From the IMG/VR virus record IMGVR_UViG_3300046691_000084, positions 64,001-76,943 of that record: a stretch of 12,943 bases of DNA; one strand, given 5' to 3'. This DNA comes from a virus. Taxonomy: Duplodnaviria > Heunggongvirae > Uroviricota > Caudoviricetes. A program made the position numbers and the translations under genes. The notes under the pieces were generated by a model, which saw only the letters and a list, made by a program, of their open reading frames with translations, made no database searches and had not been told where the DNA came from. Below are positions 7,751-12,943 of the stretch, one piece after another (position 1 is the first letter of the stretch; each line of letters opens with the position of its first letter).

Positions 7751-8003
7751 CATCGGCCTCCACATCTACTAGACGCAGAGATTCGATATAGGCATCGTCA
7801 GAATCGTCATTCAAGTGAACGATCTGCTTGCCATCAGGAATAGCACCATAATGGTACATCCAGACGAGGTCTCTGAGGTTGATCTTTATGCCATCGACAA
7901 TGCAATGGCCATTCTTGATTGGTAGCAACGAGCCATCGGTCTTATAAAGGACACCACGGCTATAGCTGAATTGTTCTTTTAAGTCATGTTGAGAGATTAG
8001 CAT
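7719..8003 (-). CDS. Degenerate HNH homing-endonuclease-like protein
   Basis: FSY..G.LY...RDLVWMYHYGAIPDGKQIVHLNDDSDDAYIESLR follows the HNH_3 pattern but lacks both Asn residues. Start moved to ATG 8003 (GGAG SD). Confidence 0.7.
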   Translation of the reverse strand: MLISQHDLKEQFSYSRGVLYKTDGSLLPIKNGHCIVDGIKINLRDLVWMYHYGAIPDGKQIVHLNDDSDDAYIESLRLVDVEADDEYDSEDQLG

Positions 8004-8220
8004 CTTGAGGCTCCATCCCGGATGATGTAGGGCTAGCTGCAATCCAAGCAGTGCCATCGAATCTCAGGAGAATAGTAGAGTATGTATTATTGAGGTCGAT
8101 CCCACTTAACATGCAGGTATCGAATGCAGTACGGTCACTCATGAAGGTATTAAGCGACATGTTGGCAGTGACTTCTTCTAGCTTGGCAAACAGCAGCTTA
8201 TTAACTTCACGATTGTCCAT
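7984..8220 (-). CDS. Hypothetical protein
   Basis: Fills the operon. Start abuts the upstream stop (8221) and has a GAGG SD. No motif recognised. Confidence 0.55.
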   Translation of the reverse strand: MDNREVNKLLFAKLEEVTANMSLNTFMSDRTAFDTCMLSGIDLNNTYSTILLRFDGTAWIAASPTSSGMEPQDANLST

Positions 8221-8550
8221 TTACACTTCCTCGTAGGTCACTTTAAAGATGTCAGGCTTACAAGGGTACAATTCACCTTGCACACCGCGAATGACCCAAT
8301 CACCGACGCTGCAACACATAGCGCCTTCTAGTGTACCGATGTAGAGGTCCTCACGATGTCGCCATATAGCACCAGCAGGGACACCTACAGGATAGTGACC
8401 ATTTGGGACTACATAGGATACTGGTGGCATCCATTCAGGCAGGTCATAACGACACTCATCACCAAGCTTACCATTAGTAAAGCCGATGTTGTTAGAATAG
8501 CCATTCCATTTAATAGCTTCGATTTCAACTGGTTTCTTACGGAATTTCAT
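8221..8550 (-). CDS. Widespread conserved phage protein (MKFRKKPVEIEA...TLEG...GDWVIRG..GELYPCKPDIF..TYE family), function unknown
   Basis: Recognisable N- and C-terminal family signatures. ATGA overlap with the upstream ORF. Confidence 0.85.
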   Translation of the reverse strand: MKFRKKPVEIEAIKWNGYSNNIGFTNGKLGDECRYDLPEWMPPVSYVVPNGHYPVGVPAGAIWRHREDLYIGTLEGAMCCSVGDWVIRGVQGELYPCKPDIFKVTYEEV

Positions 8551-8741
8551 CGTATTGGTCTCCTTCTGGCTTCATCCCAACGACTACCATCCCATGTTAC
8601 CTCGACACATACACACTTGTCGTAGAGATAAAGACGGGCAAAGTTGGCAGTAACACGGACGAGGAAATGATCCTCTGAGTGACACCACTTCAAGAACTCT
8701 TGTAGTAGTAACTCTTTCTGACAGTCGCTGATTGTAGCCAT
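8547..8741 (-). CDS. Hypothetical protein
   Basis: GAGG SD and ATGA coupling to the next gene. No motif recognised. Confidence 0.6.
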   Translation of the reverse strand: MATISDCQKELLLQEFLKWCHSEDHFLVRVTANFARLYLYDKCVCVEVTWDGSRWDEARRRPIR

Positions 8742-8752
8742 TGATGTGCCTC

Positions 8753-9205
8753 TTAATCGTCAACTAACTCGCCTTGAACTAAGTCAGGCATGTCAACGAT
8801 CGCTTTAGATGGATCACCGTTGATCTGATGAACACCATCTTTCTTGGTTAATTGAACGACAAGAGCACCGGCCTTCTTCATCTTGTCTTGGTTGTCACCT
8901 TCAGGTACACGACCGTAGCGGTAACGCAACAGCTGTTCAGAGATCTTGATGAGACGATCAAAGAGGTTTAGGTGATCCTCTTGACGATACGTTCGCATCC
9001 GACCATTGTTCATGAGCTCTTTAATTTCACCACTACGGAGCTTCTCTTGGCGATCAATCTCTTCTTCCAACTTTATGTACGTTGCTACAAGACGCTCGAT
9101 CGGATCGAAATGAAGCTGTTGTAGCTTGTGGGAGGCATTGTTGCCACCATTGCGATACACAATAGGCTTATCACTAACACTTACATGTTTTACGGGATTA
9201 GTCAT
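8753..9205 (-). CDS. Probable terminase small subunit
   Basis: First gene of the operon containing terL. Helical core FDPIERLV..YIKLEEE...DRLIKISEQLLRYRYGRVP with a beta-prone tail is compatible with TerS architecture. ATG 9205 has a GGAG SD (alternative start 9220). The call is mostly positional. Confidence 0.55.
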   Translation of the reverse strand: MTNPVKHVSVSDKPIVYRNGGNNASHKLQQLHFDPIERLVATYIKLEEEIDRQEKLRSGEIKELMNNGRMRTYRQEDHLNLFDRLIKISEQLLRYRYGRVPEGDNQDKMKKAGALVVQLTKKDGVHQINGDPSKAIVDMPDLVQGELVDD

Positions 9206-9392
9206 CACAGACGTCTCCATCTAAGAGTTGAATTGAGATTGGTCGACCTAAAGGCTTATACTGGAGCCGATTTCCGCCGACACAAGTTGAAGTCCACCAT
9301 CAAAGCGTTGTCATCTTGCATAATTCATACAACAATGACCAAAACAGGATCCGCTTTCGTTGTTCTTACAAGTAGCAATCTGATAAGAACTT

Positions 9393-9618
9393 TCACATTG
9401 AAGCCTTCACATCATTACGATCACATGTTCGAAGAAGTATGGTGATTACATTGTGCATTCACGTTACACCTCCACATGTTACCATTACATAGTCTTCATT
9501 AGCTTCTCGATTAACCTTTCAAAGGTCACCTAAGATGCTAATCACATGAATTAGTCACATGTTTCAATTTTTAGCAGCCATAAAGGACTGTTAACTATGC
9601 ACGTTACATCATGCACAT
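9393..9618. repeat. Array of short direct repeats, consensus TYACAT, with 13-14-nt periodicity
   Basis: Exact TYACAT copies at 9393, 9407, 9421, 9446, 9485, 9542, 9555 and 9604. Variants at 9459 (TCACGT), 9472 (CCACAT) and 9613 (GCACAT). Confidence 0.8.
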
Positions 9619-9724
9619 TCAACAATCTTCTAATGGCTGCTGGTTATAGCTGGCGAGGGCGATTGGGATAATTGCCCTGGGATGGGCTGATGGGATTGTT
9701 TCATGGGAAGGTTTCCATTATAAG

Positions 9725-9872
9725 GACCATTATATGGTACCTCTATATAGGGTTATATATCTATTACTATACACTTATGAGCCTATCGGCCTTATCGACC
9801 TCCCTAAGACATTATATTGTACCTCCTTATGACCATATATAGATACCATAGGGTAGACCTCTCTATGTCCAT
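9725..9872. repeat. AT-rich degenerate repeat tract (GACC/TACC + TATA units)
   Basis: GACCATTATATGGTACCTC (9725-9743) versus GACATTATATTGTACCTC (9808-9825). (G/T)ACC-like cores recur every 11-13 nt between 9797 and 9870. Confidence 0.7.
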
Positions 9873-10048
9873 AATATCGTATATTTATCATAACAAGGGA
9901 GGGGAGACTGAGGGGTTAAGTTAACGGGCTTGGCCTAATGCGAAGTCAACTATTTGATTACCTAGCTGCGCGGACTATATACAACTCTTACAAAAATTCA
10001 GCTTACTACGAATGAGGCACGATTTGGCAGCTTAAAGAAATATCTAGC

Positions 10049-10121
10049 AAGAAAAAGAAAAAAAAAATAGGGATGCACCCTCCCAGACACCACCCATAAG
10101 GGCAGCATCTAGGAGGGTACA
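10049..10121 (-). terminator. Long-stem intrinsic terminator (possibly also an RNA processing site) after the 492-aa gene
   Basis: Minus-strand RNA UGUACCCUCCUAGAUGCUGCCC-UUAU-GGGUGGUGUCUGGGAGGGUGCA forms 22 contiguous pairs, followed 6 nt later by U10-C-U5-C-UU. Confidence 0.8.
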
Positions 10122-10123
10122 GC

Positions 10124-11602
10124 TTATTTATTACAAATGTGAAGACCATCACGTACGGCAGGACCAGCGATCTCTTGGAACCACTCAGTCAGGGCTACTT
10201 GGAAACGGGTATACATTAGGTCACGCTTAGCGTTATCAGAGAATACCATAGAGCCAGAGCGATCGTCAACTGTACCACCGCGAAGCCATAGACGATCAGT
10301 CTGAACATCCATACGGCTACGAGAGATAATCTCGATACCGTTCCTTGCGTGGTACGTGTAGTAATCACCATCATCGTCTCCATCATAAGTAAGCAATGGG
10401 TGTTGATAGACAATGTCAAATGTTAGTCGACGATTAGTCTTGATCAAATGGTAGGTCAGGAAGCCTTGACGGCCATGCAATCCAGGAGCATGTTGACGTT
10501 CATACGCCTCATGTTCTTTTGCAAGAGCCTCTTCTCTGTCATATCCAGAGGCCTGACTGGCATGATCTGACTCAGCTTCCGTTTGCTCAAAAGCTGCAAC
10601 ATGACTCTTTGCAACAGCCATGAAACGATCCAACGCACGAACAAGACTATGACGATACACAGCAGCCTGATTGTCGTTCTTAAAGATACGAACAACCCGA
10701 TCTGGCATAGTATCATTACGACCCTTCAGATAGACTGAGTCTTGGCCTAATTGAACATAGGTCTTAGAGACAACACTGAAATCGTCAACGGTAAGCCAAG
10801 TTGTCCAAGGGCCTAGGGTATTAGCATATAGCGCTTCATGCTGCCAAAGAACCTCGAAGACAACTGTATTAGACTTCAGCTCAACAATACATTTGAAGAT
10901 CCCAGGCACATGGAAAATCATAGCGCCATTCTCATCAATCACAGGGCAACTGTACATTTCAATTGGCTTGAGGACAGGCTCTTTAGTTTCAGTACAGGAG
11001 AATAATTGTAACTCACCATACGGAACACCCTGAGACGGCTTGAGAGCTTGCTTATCACGATAAGCATCAACAGCGGCTTTAGCAGGCCCTTGAGCAAACC
11101 ATTCAAGTGCATTTGTCAAAGCTACGAAGTAATCTCCGGCAGCGGACTTTGAGCTAAAAAGCCTGCTATCAGCGAAAGGGCCTTCTTTCCATGCACCTAA
11201 GATATATGCAGCCTTCATAGATAATTGGACATGCATAGAAGAAATAATACCAAAGTCATCAGGCGATAACCATGATTTATCTTTCTCAGACGCTATCTGT
11301 TTGCTGTATGCAGAATGTTGAAACAGAATCTCCATCTCAACCGATGTTCCGAGAAGCCGGACATTGTATGTAAAGATGCCTGCGATACCACCTTTCTTCT
11401 CTGTATGAGAGGTCCGTGCCGTAATAGAAGCAACAAGATGACTATCACCAGTATCTCTACTAAAGTCTACAATCCGATTAGCATTTTCCAGGATCTCCTT
11501 AGGAGTGCCTTTAGGTTGCTCGACCTGATCACAGCCATCTATTTGGCTCCCTTGACTAACGCGAGACAGTTCACAGAGAGTACAGCGACATTTATGAATC
11601 AT
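10124..11602 (-). CDS. Hypothetical 492-aa protein with three internal ~95-aa domain repeats
   Basis: Long ORF with AAGGA SD. Repeats at about aa 75-170, 234-328 and 380-476. Confidence 0.85.
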   Translation of the reverse strand: MIHKCRCTLCELSRVSQGSQIDGCDQVEQPKGTPKEILENANRIVDFSRDTGDSHLVASITARTSHTEKKGGIAGIFTYNVRLLGTSVEMEILFQHSAYSKQIASEKDKSWLSPDDFGIISSMHVQLSMKAAYILGAWKEGPFADSRLFSSKSAAGDYFVALTNALEWFAQGPAKAAVDAYRDKQALKPSQGVPYGELQLFSCTETKEPVLKPIEMYSCPVIDENGAMIFHVPGIFKCIVELKSNTVVFEVLWQHEALYANTLGPWTTWLTVDDFSVVSKTYVQLGQDSVYLKGRNDTMPDRVVRIFKNDNQAAVYRHSLVRALDRFMAVAKSHVAAFEQTEAESDHASQASGYDREEALAKEHEAYERQHAPGLHGRQGFLTYHLIKTNRRLTFDIVYQHPLLTYDGDDDGDYYTYHARNGIEIISRSRMDVQTDRLWLRGGTVDDRSGSMVFSDNAKRDLMYTRFQVALTEWFQEIAGPAVRDGLHICNK

Positions 11603-11646
11603 GATAAGTCCTTAATAGATCGCTATCGTCTTAGACAATAGGCAAC

Positions 11647-11708
11647 AAATAAAAAAGAGCTCCAATCAATATCAACAGCTAGCGAGGCCGGACCATAGAC
11701 TGAAGCTC
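11647..11708 (-). terminator. Intrinsic terminator with a long imperfect stem
   Basis: GAGCUUCAGUC...GAUUGGAGCUC gives an 11-bp outer stem with 2 G-U pairs and an inner CGGC/GCUG stem, followed immediately by UUUUUUAUUU. Confidence 0.75.
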
Positions 11709-11720
11709 AAAGGGTGAATC

Positions 11721-11927
11721 TTACTTAAATTCTTGCAGGATGGTTTGAAAGTCATCCATGCAGTCCATCAAGTATTCTTTCATGAGAAGATTCTCAGGAG
11801 TAGCAGCTCGATTGCTGATTGACTCGAGAAGGTTCCCTGAACAATTGTTCAAGTGCTGAACGGTCATCCGCGCTCGTGTCTTGAACTGTTCGTCTGTTTC
11901 GATTCCATTTGCGATATTTGACGACAT
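11721..11927 (-). CDS. Small hypothetical helical protein overlapping the upstream gene by 134 nt
   Basis: GGGAG about 10 nt upstream of the ATG. Ends 12 nt before the terminator hairpin. The start is uncertain. Confidence 0.45.
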   Translation of the reverse strand: MSSNIANGIETDEQFKTRARMTVQHLNNCSGNLLESISNRAATPENLLMKEYLMDCMDDFQTILQEFK

Positions 11928-12474
11928 CTTTCAAAAACTCCCACTCTTTGCCTTTATAGGTAGCATCGAACTGTCTGGCTGATGGATAGCCCATGGACGC
12001 ACGTGCCTTTGTAAGAAAGAAGCGCATAACCTTTTCTACGTCATAATTCACCTTGTAAATCATACCACCAAAGTTGAGCAATGCATGATGGTCAACAGGG
12101 AGGGTAAAATAATTTTCCTCACCATCATACCATCGTGCAGTCTTGAGATGTGGTGCGAGTCCTGCAAGAGAGCCCAAGAAAGCTGTCTGTATTAGGGAAC
12201 TCTTGAAGAACCAATCTTCAGCATTCTCGGCCATTTTATGCTCGACGATATAAACACGGTCACGATGTTCGCGAATCTCATCGATAGTAAACCAGATGTC
12301 TATATCACCACGACTGTAGCAACTCTGCATCTCAATTAGATGCGATTGCGTGTGGGATGCTGCGAAAGAATCACCACGAATCTGACGAGGCGTAGCTGCC
12401 TTCTTTTCCTTACCGCGCACATAACAGATCTGAGCGGCTGACATCTTTGACAATTGAGCTGCAGAGAAGAACAT
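11794..12474 (-). CDS. PD-(D/E)xK-family nuclease-like protein (RecB/Cas4-like fold, no Fe-S cysteines)
   Basis: FSAAQL N-terminus, E48, WFTID65 and YIVE78HK80 give a candidate D...ExK catalytic spacing. IQTAFL lies where RecB-type QxxxY would be, without the Tyr. Confidence 0.55.
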   Translation of the reverse strand: MFFSAAQLSKMSAAQICYVRGKEKKAATPRQIRGDSFAASHTQSHLIEMQSCYSRGDIDIWFTIDEIREHRDRVYIVEHKMAENAEDWFFKSSLIQTAFLGSLAGLAPHLKTARWYDGEENYFTLPVDHHALLNFGGMIYKVNYDVEKVMRFFLTKARASMGYPSARQFDATYKGKEWEFLKDVVKYRKWNRNRRTVQDTSADDRSALEQLFREPSRVNQQSSCYS

Positions 12475-12495
12475 TTCAAATAGCCTTATTACTGA

Positions 12496-12943
12496 TTATT
12501 GACTGACGGTCATGTCCAGAACGCGTGCGAGGCGCTCGATGAAGCCTGGGAAAGAGCCACCGACGTAGGACATAGAGACTTCTTCACGACCACCAATTTC
12601 TTGGATTACAGTGAAGGTCTTATGCGAAGCTGCTACATGCTTTGTAATGGCAGAATACATCTGGCCATAGGTAGAGAAGCGCTTGCGGGTGCCATTCGGT
12701 GAAACAACCACGTACTCGATTTTGACTTTGGCTTCGATCTTCTCTACGGAAGCTACGATAGTCAACTTACCAGAGTCCAGATCAACAGCCAGGCGGTCAC
12801 CACGCTTGATGACATCAGAGATCAGATTGGAGCGCATGAGCTGCTCTACTGGCTTGACGTTCAGGTAGGTACGGCCTTCGTGCTGGAAGTAGTTAGATAC
12901 TGGAGTAGTCACAGAGTTCACCTTAGATTGCGAATGGAGTCGC
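12496..12943 (-). CDS. Hypothetical protein, probably N-terminally truncated by the window edge
   Basis: The track gives a GTG start at 12921 with no properly spaced SD. The frame stays open upstream (RLHSQSK...) to the end of the window. Confidence 0.65.
   Translation of the reverse strand, partial: RLHSQSKVNSVTTPVSNYFQHEGRTYLNVKPVEQLMRSNLISDVIKRGDRLAVDLDSGKLTIVASVEKIEAKVKIEYVVVSPNGTRKRFSTYGQMYSAITKHVAASHKTFTVIQEIGGREEVSMSYVGGSFPGFIERLARVLDMTVSQ

Noticed and set aside
440-8625. Numerous plus-strand and nested ORFs (e.g. 3040-3552, 3737-4129, 4340-4903, 6546-6917, 6449-6868)
   Set aside because: They lie wholly within or antisense to well-supported minus-strand genes and show no recognisable motifs, so they are treated as shadow ORFs.
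9128-9445. 105-aa plus-strand ORF
   Set aside because: It overlaps the terS start antisense, its 3' end runs through the TYACAT array, and it has no good SD. A shorter TTG-started version cannot be fully excluded.
9390-9900. CRISPR mini-array
   Set aside because: The repeats are only 6-19 nt, degenerate and closely spaced. There is no 25-40-nt repeat with unique spacers.
9250-9985. Sigma70 promoters (minus TTGTGT-N19-TATAAG near 9255-9285; minus TTGACT at 9949-9944; plus TTGATT-N16-TATATA at 9954-9981)
   Set aside because: Spacing or hexamer matches are suboptimal, and such hits are expected by chance in AT-rich DNA.
9220-10050. tRNA or other known structured RNA gene
   Set aside because: No cloverleaf, T-loop (GTTCRA) with matching acceptor stem, or other family signature was found by eye on either strand.
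11315-11641. 108-aa plus-strand ORF
   Set aside because: It is antisense to the 5' part of the 492-aa gene and has no motif or convincing SD.
102-12943. Stop-codon reassignment or alternative genetic code
   Set aside because: Genes such as terL and the tail fibre are full length under the standard code, and TAA, TGA and TAG all serve as stops at gene junctions.

Overview
A 12.9-kb fragment of a tailed dsDNA phage (Caudoviricetes) genome. Every well-supported gene is on the minus strand. In transcription order (right to left) the window holds: small non-structural genes (an edge-truncated hypothetical, a PD-(D/E)xK nuclease-like protein, an overlapping 68-aa ORF, and a 492-aa protein built from three copies of a ~95-aa domain); two long G-U-rich hairpin/U-tract terminators; a ~900-bp non-coding region with periodic repeats and G-tract clusters, a candidate packaging/genome-end or replication site; a probable small terminase; five small ORFs, including a degenerate HNH and a mini-ORF resembling the TerL linker motif; the large terminase; a membrane-anchored coiled-coil (holin-like) protein; three virion/tail proteins; a mosaic tail fibre and its assembly chaperone; a phospholipase A2-like protein; a zinc-ribbon protein; and the start of a further gene cut by the window edge. 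No portal, capsid, endolysin, integrase, tRNA or CRISPR array is visible. All protein assignments come from motif recognition by eye, with no database search. Host and phage family cannot be determined from this window.
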